Positions 19,201 through 29,905 of a stretch of 64,000 bases of DNA are shown here, piece by piece (the first letter of the stretch is position 1; each line of letters starts with the position of its first letter). The notes beneath the pieces are model-generated. The model was not told where the DNA came from, searched no databases, and saw only the letters and a program-made list of their open reading frames with translations. The stretch is from Paraspadella gotoi. Lineage: Eukaryota > Animalia > Chaetognatha. A program made the position numbers and the translations under genes. Location of the stretch: positions 1 through 64,000 of the forward strand of contig CM119265.1 of assembly GCA_051294375.1 (NCBI GenBank). Reading direction: 5' to 3'.

Positions 19201-19887
19201 CCACCCGCCGTCCGCCTTGGGGACGCACAGCAGGGGAGACGACCACGAACTCTTTGCTCGTTTGGCGACGCCTAGCGCGACGAGCTTCTCGAGTTCCGCC
19301 TTGGCGACGGCGAGCTTTTCCGGAGGAAGTCGACGGGCCCTTGCTTGACAAGGTCTCCCAAAGGTCGGGATGTGATGCTTCACTCCGTGCTTGGGCTCTT
19401 TTATCTCGAAGGTTGGCGTCGCGAGAGTTGGGTACTGGTCGAGGAGTTGATAATAAACGTTGTTCGTCTCCTCGATGAGATTTACATGAGATGGAGGAGT
19501 AACCTCTGAAATGTCGCATGAAATGGTGGAGAGGTCCCTTAGATCGAGGAGAGTGCCATCCCTGTGATTCGGGGCGAGATAAAATTCGGCTAGGAAATCT
19601 GCTCCTAGTATACTTTGAGTAACGTCAGCCGCGATGAAATCGAAAGAGAATAGTCTAGTCCCAAGGACAACTCGGCGGCGGACGATGCCATACGAGTTGA
19701 TGGGTGTGCCGTTGGCCGCTTGGAGTTTGGGTCCCGTTGGGCCGGCGACTCGTTGAGCGGCCGTCGGTGGAACTAAGGAGACAAGGGCGCCGCCGTCGAC
19801 GAGCCATTTGCGGCCGTCCGTGGCGTCCTTTACATATAAGAGATAATTATCGGGTGAATCTTTGTCGACGCGGGGTACAGCGTTCAC
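16291..19887 (-). CDS. pol: Pol polyprotein of B2
   Basis: 1198 aa, PR(DGGA)-RT(YLDD)-RH-IN with GPY motif. Confidence 0.96.
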   Translation of the reverse strand: MNAVPRVDKDSPDNYLLYVKDATDGRKWLVDGGALVSLVPPTAAQRVAGPTGPKLQAANGTPINSYGIVRRRVVLGTRLFSFDFIAADVTQSILGADFLAEFYLAPNHRDGTLLDLRDLSTISCDISEVTPPSHVNLIEETNNVYYQLLDQYPTLATPTFEIKEPKHGVKHHIPTFGRPCQARARRLPPEKLAVAKAELEKLVALGVAKRAKSSWSSPLLCVPKADGGWRCCGDFRRLNSNTKDDKYPVKLLADFNAELSGKKVFSKIDLLKGYHQIPVAEEDIPKTAVITPFGLFVFLRTPFGLKNAGQDFQRMMDEILGDIPHTYVYLDDILVASVDQEEHLKDLKAVFDSLADNGLVINRKKCILGQSSLEFLGYLVDATGVKPLPQKVEAIRATNPPTTVKELQRFLGMVNYYRRFIPNAAHHAAALYDILAGKPKQLNWSTKCSQSFDAIKEALANAALLRHPRTNAQLALTTDASDIAVGAVLEQRTPQGWEPLAFFSAKLDETQRRWPPFDRELYGAFRAVRHFRHWLEGRAFTLYTDHQSLIHALHKRAEPQTTRHNFQLSVISEFTTDIRHIRGKANVVADALSRPNPPPIAAIDRPVPEEKSEDLHATINAIGQEGVDLEEMARHQALDRDFQRLSSDARTGLQFRKISVGNQKLFVDISNGPARPFVPESWRKKIFDAVHGLGHPGVARTRETIASKFVWPSLKADAARWARECVPCQRAKVTRHVTPHIGEFEIPAKRFHHLNVDITLMPASNGFSSLLTIVDRFSRWPAAIPMRDMSTESVVDAIAHGWIAQFGIPSAITTDRGAQFSTAIWTQLTQAWGIKHQQTAAYHPQSNGLVERFHRRLKEALVALGDNEPHKWFWRLPAALLAIRTTIKPDIGASPADLVYGEGLAVPGDVLPPPLEGDQLQDQRRQLRDNLRVEVERLQPTETSTHRTPRLYLPETLSDATHVFIQRAGVHPPLTAPYHGPYRVISRDNLNFKVEIPGRGVETIAISRIKPATLWRDEDGEERASQPSPPPSPPPPGRRPGPRTRRPPPTSRQTRSDTRRQQQSQARQNPQVADDDDDQDDDVHDIDIPHSQHEAASNSFQPSASLDAATPTSGMRIDVERKLAPSGETEAPSFTSGAPPVSPTPTLASAPTVETRPRPRPSIERFSRPQPSDFSYKTINSTSRPNYNAVVRHLLDLK

Positions 19888-21029
19888 CTGCGCTGTCCCG
19901 CGGCGTCGTTTCCCGATGTTGCTCCCTTACGATCTCGGCGTTCGCTTTTTCTTGCGCAGCCTGGCTCGCAGCGGAACGCGGCGTCGCCGAATTTCAGATG
20001 CCATCGGCAGATCTGCTTAAGTCGCGCGCCTGGGGGTCGTGAGCCGGACGACGACCCGCTTGGTGCGCTGCTGCGCCAGTTGTTGGGCTGCTGTCGCTTC
20101 TTGTCGCGGCGTTGATTCTGGACGGCGTTAATATCGGCGTCGTTCTCGCCGTCAGAATCGCTGATTGAGGCGTCGGCGTCTTTATCGAGAGTGGCGGCGT
20201 TTATCGTCGAGGACGGCGCTGCCAAGGTTGGTCGGCCCTCAGAATCGAAAAACTTGTCGGCGGCCTCCGCCAACTGTGCCGCCGTCCAGTCGTCGGCCTT
20301 ATCCTCTAAGGAGCGACGTATTTCGATAGGGAGGCCTCTGATGACGGTCTCCTTCTTAACGTCGTCTATTGTTACAGACTTGATCTTCTCCTCGAGCCTA
20401 GCGAGATGCTGAGAAGGTCGTAAGCCGTCTCTGGAGACGCCGTCGAGGAGTAGGGCGGCCTGCTGGCGACGAGTAGTTCCATACTCCTTTCGGAGATAAT
20501 TGATGAAGGCCGTCCAATTTGCCTCTGACGGCTCGCCATACAAAAACGCGTTGATGCGTGGATTGGTGTCCACGCTTATTTTGGACTCCAAATGCGCGAA
20601 TTTCTCCGTCGCCTCCTTGATATTGGCGCGGATAAACGCGGCTTCAATTCGACGGATCCAGATATCAATATTTTTTGGATCGAATGCTGGGAGCTCTGGT
20701 TTTTTCTTTTTCTCCAGAGCTTTGAGAGCGGTAGCCAAGGCTGCGCGGAGCGCCTCGGTCTCGTCGACGCTAGAGGCGGTCGCCATTGCACTGGGGAGAG
20801 CGAGGGGTGACGTACGGGAGGCGAGGGCCCTGGCGTTCGGTGACGTGGGCGGAAAAGCGAAAAATCTGCTTCCTGGTGACGTCGGCGGAAAGAGGAAAGC
20901 TGGCGCGCCTGGGTTCTCGCCTGGTGACGCTTCTCGAGATGTACGGCCTCGACCGGCGCTCTTAGGTACCGTTAATGTAGACTGTTGGCGCAGGCGAGAG
21001 GTCTGGCGAGTCTCTCGAGGCTCGCTCAT
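19884..21029 (-). CDS. gag: Gag of B2
   Basis: 381 aa, CRWHLKFGDAAFRCEPGC. Confidence 0.94.
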   Translation of the reverse strand: MSEPRETRQTSRLRQQSTLTVPKSAGRGRTSREASPGENPGAPAFLFPPTSPGSRFFAFPPTSPNARALASRTSPLALPSAMATASSVDETEALRAALATALKALEKKKKPELPAFDPKNIDIWIRRIEAAFIRANIKEATEKFAHLESKISVDTNPRINAFLYGEPSEANWTAFINYLRKEYGTTRRQQAALLLDGVSRDGLRPSQHLARLEEKIKSVTIDDVKKETVIRGLPIEIRRSLEDKADDWTAAQLAEAADKFFDSEGRPTLAAPSSTINAATLDKDADASISDSDGENDADINAVQNQRRDKKRQQPNNWRSSAPSGSSSGSRPPGARLKQICRWHLKFGDAAFRCEPGCARKSERRDRKGATSGNDAAGQRR

Positions 21030-22024
21030 TGATATGTTTATGATATAATCGTACAGAAGGTTGGAATTAATCCGACGTTGGGATCATCAATGTAGATTGC
21101 GAAAAAGTAACTCACTTTGACGCAACTTAAATGTAGGGACACGTTTTGACGAGCGAACTGGGGACTTTAGAGGCGTTGCTGAAGGTCGTAGTGAAGCAGG
21201 AGGCTTCGGCGAAGGTTGACCGAAGTGACGCTGAATTTGGCGCTCGTGCTGAGCGGGGAGAACGTGCTTCGACCGATTTTATTTTTGGGATGTCTTTGAA
21301 CTTGATCATAAAAGTTTCTAACAACTTATTTGTAGTTGTAAGAAAGGGCCTTAATAAAATAATCAAAGCATATAGATATTCCATCTGCTTTTGCCATCAA
21401 GCAATTAGAATATCTATTACAGAAAAACAATAATATAAAACAATTATTGAATTAAACCATAACAATGATAATTAATGAAATAAGGAAACGATTGTGGTGA
21501 CTACTCATAGGTAAAATATTGCTGAGTAGTTTTGACGAGTTCTAGAGTTGGTAGATAAGATTTAGAAGCTAGATGGAATCAATATCAACAAGTAGAATCA
21601 GCTGATATAGGATTAATTGGATTGTTCTTTTGTTTATGAAAACAAAGATATAAGAATAAATAAGGAAAAACGATTAGTTTATAAAGTTCTTAAGGAGAAA
21701 ATTTGTTAACTACAGTGGTGGCGACGATGGCTAAGGAACTGATTGTGAAAACAGGTCCGAGTTCGAGACTGAGTTGTCACTCGTTTTTTATTATTATTAA
21801 TTAATTAATATCGAATTAAAACTTATCGAAGTATTATCCGAGTGAAATATATATCGGTCTTGGCCGATAAACGTCACCAATAAATCGTGGAGGAATAATC
21901 ATGGTTCAAATCCCACCCCAGCGGAAACATTGGTTAGGAGGTTAAGTAGCTGTATTGACTAACTTATATAAATTGCTCTTAAAAAAAGTTGTACGACTCA
22001 TTAAGTCGTAATGCGACTATGCGT

Positions 22025-22260
22025 TGTAGGGTTGAGTCGGTTATAGGGTTAGGGTTAGGTTAGGGTTAGGGTAGGGGGGAGGGTTAGGGTTAGGGTAGGT
22101 AGGGTTAGTTAGGTTAGGGTTAGGGGTTACGGGGTTAGGGTTAGGGGTTAGGGTGGGGTAGGGGTTAGGGGGGGTTAGGGTTAGGGTTAGGTTAGGGTTA
22201 GGGTTAGGGTTAGGGTTAGGGTTAGGGTTAAGGGTTAGGGTTAGGGTTAGGGTTAGGGTT
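22025..22260 (+). repeat. (TTAGGG)n tract with a garbled left edge
   Basis: direct read. Confidence 0.93.
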
Positions 22261-23249
22261 AGATAGCGGAGAAAATAATCACTTTGACGCTATCGAGAGT
22301 CGGCGCGACTTGACGAGCGATGGGGTTCCTGAGGCTCGAGAGAAGTCGAGAGGAACGGGAGGCGCCGGCGGACGTTTACCGGAAGTGCGCTGCAATTTGG
22401 CGCTCGTGGCGTCGCGAATCGGTGCGCAAGCTTCGCAGATTTGAATTTGGAATAGTCTTTGAACTTGCATGTAAAAAGGTTTGTAAACCAATTGGCTTGG
22501 TTAGTTGTATATAAATCATGACCTTAATAAAATAATCAAAGCATATAGATATTCCATCTGCTTTTGCCATCAAGCAATTGGAATAGCTATATGAAACAAT
22601 AATGCAATAATTATTGATTAAACAATAACAATGAAATTAATGAATTAATGAACGATTTAGAGACTACTAATAGGCTTAGTATTAATCAGAGGTTCCAGTA
22701 AGTTCTATGTTTGTAAATGAAATTTGAAGCTGGATTGAATCAATAACAAAAGTAGAATCAGCTGATGAATCGAAATCGAATCGATTGTTCAATTGTTTAT
22801 GTAAACAAAAGATAAAGAATTTATATTAGAAGAAACGATTTAATTATAAAGATCTTTATCGAGTAAAATTTGATAACTACCGAGGTGCGACGATGGTTAA
22901 GAGGGGGCCTGTGAATATCTGGTCCGAGTTCGGAGCACGAGTCGTCGCCTTTTTTTATATTGTATAATTAATTTAATATCGAATTAGAAATGTAGAAGTA
23001 TTTTCGAAGTGAATATATATCGGTTCTGGCCGATAAATGATTATAATTCGTGGAATGATTCTATCATAGGTTCAAATCCCACATCCCCCCAGACGGAAAA
23101 CACACTGTTTGCGGATACGGAAGGGCTTAATAGGTAAGCAATATTGATTTGTAAACTAATTATGAATGTTTATCTACTATGTACATATTATACATAATAA
23201 TTCGAAATAAAGTAGGAATGAAGTATCAGAGATTATATTGTTTGTGAAC

Positions 23250-26200
23250 TCACTCTAAGTTGAGCAGGTGGCGAAGGACGGCGCTATAGCTTGGCTTAGA
23301 GGTCGAGTTAATACTTTTGTATGAGAAATCGGATGGTTGAGGTCGGGAAAAACGTTCGATCGGTGGGCGTGGTCTCGCTGGCGCTTCTTCCGTTAACGCT
23401 GGCGTTGGCGTTGGGACTACTGCTGGCGTTGGTGAAGTCGGAGGTGCGCCAAATGGAAGAGACGTCGCCTGATCGTTGGGAATATCTTTATTGGCGCCGT
23501 CGAGCGTTCCGGAAGTGGGCGTGGCGTTTTTGGGGGGCGTCGGAGCTCGGAGTGAATTCGACGATGCACTGGGACGCGATTGGGCGCTGAGGTGATTATT
23601 GACGTCGTCGTTTACGTCGTCGTCCTCCTCGTCGTCGTCGACTTGTATATTTTGCCTCGTTTGAGTTTGTTGCTGATATTTAGTTTTCGAGCGGGTTTGT
23701 CGTGTTGTTGGAGGAGGATGACGAGTTCGTGGGCCCGGGCGTCGACCTGGAGGAGGAGGAGAAGGGGGAGGTGATGGCTGAGAGGCTCGTTCCTCTCCCT
23801 CTTCATCACACCAGAGTGTCGCCGGCTTGATACGAGCGATAGCGACGGTGTCGACGCCGCGACCGGGAATCTCCACTTTAAAGTTCAGATTGTCTCGAGA
23901 TATTACTCGATATGGCCCATGATAAGGCGCTGTAAGCGGTGGGTGAATTCCTGGGCGCTGAATGAAAACGTGAGTAGCGTCTGATAAGGTTTCTGGCAGG
24001 TATAGGCGCGGCGCTCGGTGAGTCGAGGTTTCGGTGGGCTGGAGGCGCTCGACTTCGATTCGAAGGTTATCGCGCAAGTGGCGGCGTTGAGTTTGGAGCT
24101 GCTCGTCGTCGAGTGGGGGGGGAAGTACGTCTCCTGGGACGGCGAGGCCCTCACCGTAAACTAAGTCGGCGGGGGATGCTCCAATGTCTGGCTTAATTGT
24201 TGTTCTAATCGCCAATAGCGCCGAGGGTAGCCTCCAGTACCACTGATGAGGCTCATTATCGCCGAGCGCTATCAACGCCTCCTTTAGGCGCCGGTGAAAG
24301 CGCTCGACAAGTCCGTTTGATTGGGGATGGTACGCTGCCGTTTGTTGGTGACTGATACCCCACGTTTGGGTTAGCTGCGTCCAAATGGCTGTCGAAAATT
24401 GGGCGCCACGATCTGTTGTGATTATCGATGGTATACCATGCTGGGCGATCCAGCCGTGCGCGATCGCGTCGACGACTGAGGTGGTTGACATATCTCGCAT
24501 GGGGATAGCTGCAGGCCAACGGGAGAATCTGTCGACGATCGTGAGAAGTGAGCTAAAGCCGTTCGAAGTGGGCATGAGCGTGATGTCGACGTTGAGATGG
24601 ACGAAGCGCTTTGCTGGGACGTCGAATTCTCCGATATGTGGAGTCACGTGGCGCGTTACTTTGGCGCGTTGGCACGAGAGACATTCTCGCGCCCAGCGCG
24701 TGGCGTCGGCCTTAAGGGAGGGCCATACGAACTTGGAGGCGATCGTCTCTCGAGTTCGAGCCACGCCGGGGTGGCCCAGGCCGTGCACGGCGTCGAAAAT
24801 CTTTTTGCGCCACGATTCTGGCACAAATGGTCGCGCGGGGCCATTGGAAACGTCGACGACTAATTTTTGATCGCCGATGCTAATTTTTCGAAATTGCAGG
24901 CCGGTCCTGGCGTCCATGGAGAGTCGCTGGAAGTCACGGTCTAATGCTTGGTGGCGCGCCATCTCCTCCAGATCGACGCCTTCCTGGCCGATCGCGTTGA
25001 CGGTTGCTAAGAGGTCCTCGGACTTTTCGGCGGGAAGTGGGCGGTCGATAGTGGAGATTGGTGGCGGGTTTGGTCTCGACAACGCGTCAGCGACTACGTT
25101 AGCTTTACCCCTGATATGCCGGATGTCCGTAGTAAATTCCGAGATTACGGAAAGCTGGAAGTTGTGTCGCGTTGTTTGAGGTTCCGCGCGCTTGTGCAAG
25201 GCGTGTATAAGCGATTGGTGGTCCGTATAGAGAGTGAAGGCCCTCCCTTCGAGCCAGTGGCGGAAATGCCGCACCGCTCGGAAGGCGCCATACAACTCTC
25301 TATCGAATGGGGGCCAGCGCCGTTGTGACTCGTCCAACTTGGCGGAAAAAAAAGCCAGGGGTTCCCACCCCTGCTGTGTCCTCTGCTCGAGCACGGCGCC
25401 GACTGCAATGTCGGAGGCGTCAGTGGTAAGGGCTAACTGGGCGCCTGTGCGCGGATGACGGAGGAGGGCGGCGTTCGCCAGCGCCTCCTTTATGGCGTCG
25501 AAAGATTGGGCGCACTTTTCCGACCAATTCAATTGTTTAGGTTTGCCGGAGAGTATATCATACAACGCCGCGGCATGGTGGGCGGCGTTGGGAATGAATC
25601 GGCGGTAATAATTTACCATGCCAAGGAAACGCTGGAGCTCCTTGACCGTCGTGGGTGGGTTGGTGGCACGAATCGCCTCGACTTTCTGGGGGAGAGGCTT
25701 TACTCCTGAGGCATCCACTAAATAACCCAAGAACTCGAGTGAGGATTGGCCTAAGGCGCACTTCTTCCGGTTGATGACCAAGCCGTTGTCCGCCAGAGAG
25801 TCGAAGACCGCTTTGAGGTCGTTGAGGTGCTCGTTTTGGTCGGCGCTGGCGACCAAGATGTCGTCCAGGTAGACGTACGTGTGCGGAACGTCGCCCAAGA
25901 TCTCATCCATCATTCTCTGGAAGTCTTGGCCTGCGTTTTTTAGGCCAAAGGGTGTACGCAGGAAGACGAAGAGACCAAAAGGCGTGATAACGGCTGTTTT
26001 GGGAATGTCCTCCTCCGCTACGGGGATTTGATGGTACCCCTTTAGCAGATCTATTTTGGAGAAAACTTTTTTCCCCGCTAGTTCCGCGTTGAAGTCTGCT
26101 AGCAATTTAACTGGGTACTTGTCGTCTTTTGTATTCGCGTTTAAACGACGAAAGTCTCCGCAGCATCTCCAGCCGCCGTCCGCCTTGGGGACGCAGAGCA

Positions 26201-26855
26201 GTGGAGAAGACCACGAGCTTTTAGCTCGCTTGGCGACGCCCAGTGCCACGAGTTTTTCTAGTTCCGCCTTGGCGACGGCTAATTTTTCTGGAGGCAGCCG
26301 GCGTGCTCTTGCTTGGCAAGGCCTACCAAACGTCGGGATGTGGTGCTTCACCCCGTGTTTCGGCGCCTTTATCTCGAATGTTGGCGTCGCTAGCGTTGGG
26401 TATTGGTCCAAGAGTTCGTAATACACGTTGTTAGTCTCCTCGACGAGGTTGACGTGCGAAGGAGGAGTCACCTCGGAGATGTCGCATGAAATGGTGGAGA
26501 GATCCTTTAGGTCGATGAGGGTGCCGTCCCTGTGATTGGGGGCCAAATAGAATTCGGCGAGGAAGTCGGCCCCCAATATGCTTTGCGTAACGTCGGCCGC
26601 GATAAAGTCAAAAGGGAATACTCTTGTGCCGAGAACTACTCGGCGGTGGACGACGCCGTAGGATTTAATAGGCGTGCCGTTGGCCGCTTGAAGTCTGGGC
26701 CCGACTGGACCTGCTACGCGTTGGGCCGCTGTGGGCGGGACCAAGGAGACTAGGGCGCCGCCGTCGACCAGCCACTTGCGGCCGTCGGTGGCGTCCTTGA
26801 CGTGCAGGAGATAGTTGTCGGGTGAATCTTTATCCACGCGGGGCACAGCGTTCAC
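23250..26855 (-). CDS. pol: Pol polyprotein of B3
   Basis: 1201 aa, all domains, close to B2 Pol. Confidence 0.96.
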   Translation of the reverse strand: MNAVPRVDKDSPDNYLLHVKDATDGRKWLVDGGALVSLVPPTAAQRVAGPVGPRLQAANGTPIKSYGVVHRRVVLGTRVFPFDFIAADVTQSILGADFLAEFYLAPNHRDGTLIDLKDLSTISCDISEVTPPSHVNLVEETNNVYYELLDQYPTLATPTFEIKAPKHGVKHHIPTFGRPCQARARRLPPEKLAVAKAELEKLVALGVAKRAKSSWSSPLLCVPKADGGWRCCGDFRRLNANTKDDKYPVKLLADFNAELAGKKVFSKIDLLKGYHQIPVAEEDIPKTAVITPFGLFVFLRTPFGLKNAGQDFQRMMDEILGDVPHTYVYLDDILVASADQNEHLNDLKAVFDSLADNGLVINRKKCALGQSSLEFLGYLVDASGVKPLPQKVEAIRATNPPTTVKELQRFLGMVNYYRRFIPNAAHHAAALYDILSGKPKQLNWSEKCAQSFDAIKEALANAALLRHPRTGAQLALTTDASDIAVGAVLEQRTQQGWEPLAFFSAKLDESQRRWPPFDRELYGAFRAVRHFRHWLEGRAFTLYTDHQSLIHALHKRAEPQTTRHNFQLSVISEFTTDIRHIRGKANVVADALSRPNPPPISTIDRPLPAEKSEDLLATVNAIGQEGVDLEEMARHQALDRDFQRLSMDARTGLQFRKISIGDQKLVVDVSNGPARPFVPESWRKKIFDAVHGLGHPGVARTRETIASKFVWPSLKADATRWARECLSCQRAKVTRHVTPHIGEFDVPAKRFVHLNVDITLMPTSNGFSSLLTIVDRFSRWPAAIPMRDMSTTSVVDAIAHGWIAQHGIPSIITTDRGAQFSTAIWTQLTQTWGISHQQTAAYHPQSNGLVERFHRRLKEALIALGDNEPHQWYWRLPSALLAIRTTIKPDIGASPADLVYGEGLAVPGDVLPPPLDDEQLQTQRRHLRDNLRIEVERLQPTETSTHRAPRLYLPETLSDATHVFIQRPGIHPPLTAPYHGPYRVISRDNLNFKVEIPGRGVDTVAIARIKPATLWCDEEGEERASQPSPPPSPPPPGRRPGPRTRHPPPTTRQTRSKTKYQQQTQTRQNIQVDDDEEDDDVNDDVNNHLSAQSRPSASSNSLRAPTPPKNATPTSGTLDGANKDIPNDQATSLPFGAPPTSPTPAVVPTPTPALTEEAPARPRPPIERFSRPQPSDFSYKSINSTSKPSYSAVLRHLLNLE

Positions 26856-27997
26856 CGGCGCTGGCCCGCGGCGTCGTTTCCCGCTGTTGTTCCTTTGCGC
26901 TCACGTCGTTCGCCTTTTCTCGCACATCCGGGTTCGCAGCGGAAGGCGGCGTCGCCGAATTTCAGATGCCATCGGCAGATCTGCTTTAGTCGCGCGCCTG
27001 TAGGTCGAGGGCCGGATGACGAGCCACTTGAGGCGTTACTGCGCCAGTTGGCGGATTGTGGGCGTCGTTTGTCGCGGCGTTGATTTTGTATGGCGTTTAC
27101 GCCGGCGTCGTTCTCGCCGTCTGAATCGCTAGGATTGGCGTCGATGTTTTGGTCGAGCGTGGCGGCGCTGATTGTTGAAGACGGCGCTGCGAGAGTTGGT
27201 CGACCCTCCGCGTCGAAAAACTTGTCGGCGGCTTCCGCCAATTCGGCCGCCGTCCAATCGTCAGCCTTATCCTCTAGCGATCGACGAATCTCGATTGGGA
27301 GGCCTCTAATTACTGTCTCCTTCTTGACGTCGTCGATTGTGACTAATTTGACCTTTTCGTCGAGCCTTGCGAGATGTTGAGAGGGTCGCAGGCCGTCTCT
27401 GGAGACGCCGTCGAGAAGTAGGGCGGCCTGTTGTCGGCGGGTCGTTCCATACTCCTTGCGGAGGTATGCTATAAAGGCCGTCCAATTGGCCTCTGTCGGT
27501 TCGCCATATAAGAAGGCGTTTATGCGCGGGTTGATATCCACGCTAATCTTGGATTCGAGGTGAGCAAATTTCTCTGTCGCCTCCTTTATATTAGCGCGGA
27601 TAAAAGCGGCTTCAACTCTTCGAATCCAGACGTCGATATTCTTCGAGTCGAAAGCCGGCAGCTCTGGCTTCCTCTTCTTCTCGAGGGCCTTCAGGGCCGT
27701 TGCCAAGGCCGTGCGGAGTGCCTCGGTCTCGTCGGCGTTGGAGGCGGTCGCCATGCCGTTGGAGTGGGCGAGAGGTGAGCTGCGTGAAGCAAGGTTTCGA
27801 GAGTTAGGTGACGTTGGTGGGAAGGCGAAAAATCTACTCCCTGGAGACGTTGGCGGGAATAGAAAAGCTGATGCGCCTGGCTGCTCGCCTGGCGAATTTT
27901 CTCTAGAGATGCGTCCTCTGCCGGCGCTCTTAGGAACCGTAAGCGAAGCTTGTTGGCGCAGGCGAGAGGTTTGGCGAGTCTCTCGAGGCTCGCTCAT
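26852..27997 (-). CDS. gag: Gag of B3
   Basis: 381 aa, CHCC knuckle. Confidence 0.94.
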   Translation of the reverse strand: MSEPRETRQTSRLRQQASLTVPKSAGRGRISRENSPGEQPGASAFLFPPTSPGSRFFAFPPTSPNSRNLASRSSPLAHSNGMATASNADETEALRTALATALKALEKKRKPELPAFDSKNIDVWIRRVEAAFIRANIKEATEKFAHLESKISVDINPRINAFLYGEPTEANWTAFIAYLRKEYGTTRRQQAALLLDGVSRDGLRPSQHLARLDEKVKLVTIDDVKKETVIRGLPIEIRRSLEDKADDWTAAELAEAADKFFDAEGRPTLAAPSSTISAATLDQNIDANPSDSDGENDAGVNAIQNQRRDKRRPQSANWRSNASSGSSSGPRPTGARLKQICRWHLKFGDAAFRCEPGCARKGERRERKGTTAGNDAAGQRR

Positions 27998-28910
27998 TGA
28001 TAGGAAGTGGCGTTGAAATGTTCAGAAGGTTGGAAGGGAATCCGTCGTCGGGATCATCAATGTAGATAGCGGAGAACAACTCACTTTGACGCTATCGAGA
28101 GTCGGCGCGACTTGACGAGCGATTGGGAGTTCCTGGAGGCTCGAGAGAAGCTGCAGAGGAACGGGAGCGTCGGCGGACGTTTACCGGAAGTGACGCTGCA
28201 ATTGGCGCTCGTGGCGTCGCGAAATCGGGTGGCGCAGCTTCGACCGAGTTTGAATTTGGAATAGTCTTTGAACTTGCATGTAAAAGAGTTAATAAACCAA
28301 TTGGCTTGGTTAGTTGTATAAAATCATGACCTTAATAAAATAATCAAAGCATATAGATATTCCATCTGCTTTTGCCATCAAGCAATTGGAATAGCTATAT
28401 GAAAACACAATAATGCAATTAATTATTGAATTAAACAATAACAATGAGATTAATGAAATTAATGAAACGAGTTTAGAGACTACTAATAGGCTTAGTATTA
28501 ATCGAAGGTTTCAGTAAGTTCTATGTTTTGTATATGAGATTTTGAAGCTGGATTGAATCAATAACAACAAGTAGAATCAGCTGATGGAATCGAATCGAAT
28601 CTGATTGTTCAATTGTTTATGTAAACAAAAGATAAAGGAATTTATATAAGAAGAAACGATTTAATTTATAAGAGTCTTTATCAAGTAAAATTGATAACTA
28701 CCGAGGTGGCGACGATGGTTAAGAGGTGGCCTGTGAATAACTGGTCCCGAGTTCGAGACCGAGTCGTCGCCCTTTTTTATTATTGTATAATTAATTTAAT
28801 AATCGAATTAGAACATGTAGAAGTATTTTCGAAGTGAAATATATATCGGTTCTGGCCGATAAACATGATAAATAATTCGTGGATGATTCATCATAGGTTC
28901 AAATCCCACA

Positions 28911-28931
28911 GGGTTAGGGTTAGGGTTAGGG

Positions 28932-28967
<36 letters not shown>

Positions 28968-28974
28968 TTAGGGT
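28911..28974 (+). repeat. (TTAGGG)n tract
   Basis: direct read. Confidence 0.97.
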
Positions 28975-29905
28975 TAGCGGCCACCTGAGATAATTAATCC
29001 GATGAAGAATTAATTAACCCTGAAACAGGATTCGATCCGCCGATCTCAGGCCTGGGACGTCTAGAGTCAGAGCTCTGAACCAACCAGGAGGCCATGAATC
29101 GTCGATCCTTAACTCAGATCTTATAGCTTTAAAACGACCTCGAAATCTTTTGTTTTTCCAAAACAATCGTTTTGTTTTAATCAGAAAACGCTAGAGGGTT
29201 TTTACCGCCGATTCAAACAGATTGTTTCAGTTGACTGTTTTCTTTATCGATTGTTTTCTCTGAGTAAATCAGTCTGGTTATCTTGCTCAAAATAAATGTT
29301 CATTCTAACATTAAAACAAACGTTTTTACTTACTCTCTCAATGTAGCCAAGTACATTAAATAAAGAGAAAAACTTTTAATGTTTTCAACTTCATCAAACG
29401 ATTTTATTTCTTCACAAAATTGATTTACTCATCAACGAATTAATTAATCTCATTCGAATTAATATAATCTCACTCGAATTAATTTAATCTCATTCGAATC
29501 AATTAAAACTCGAAATGTAAACAATCTTTTGTGAAACAAAAACAATTCGAAGTCACGTGACTTGCTTCCCTGCCCGCCAAGTCTCTTCTGATGAATTTCC
29601 TTGACGCTTAGCAACGCGTCACTCCGTGCCACGTCACGAGTCACGCTGTGGCGCAACAACGACGCCGTGCCACACATGGTGAAAACCGACGTTGAATTAA
29701 GACCAACCTTCACACAGGGGATCAGGCCAACTCGGATTCCCCCCGAGGTAAGATTGGGAGTGAATATTGGAATTAAGCTTATTCCCAATCCGCTCACGCT
29801 TTGTATATCTTTGTTTTGGAATCGCTTACTACCGGGAACGATTCATCGACGGCGACATCGCGCTTGTAACGAGCTGACGCCGCCGACAACGCCATCTCAA
29901 GGTCA

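Larger units (their letters stand above)
15798..21916 (-). mobile_element. Gypsy LTR retrotransposon, lineage B, copy B2; 3' LTR truncated by the gap (15798-16149), 5' LTR 21091-~21916
   Basis: LTR repeat, PPT, degenerate PBS TGATGATCCCAACGT, intact gag and pol. Confidence 0.95.
22260..28910 (-). mobile_element. Full-length Gypsy LTR retrotransposon, lineage B, copy B3
   Basis: LTRs ~22260-23083 and 28061-28910; telomere repeats on both sides; right junction CCCACA|GGGTTAGGG. Confidence 0.96.

Noticed and set aside
21917-22050. Unique sequence between the B2 LTR and the telomere tract
   Set aside because: Looks like a garbled consensus of the B2 3' UTR (16150-16330) and telomere repeats
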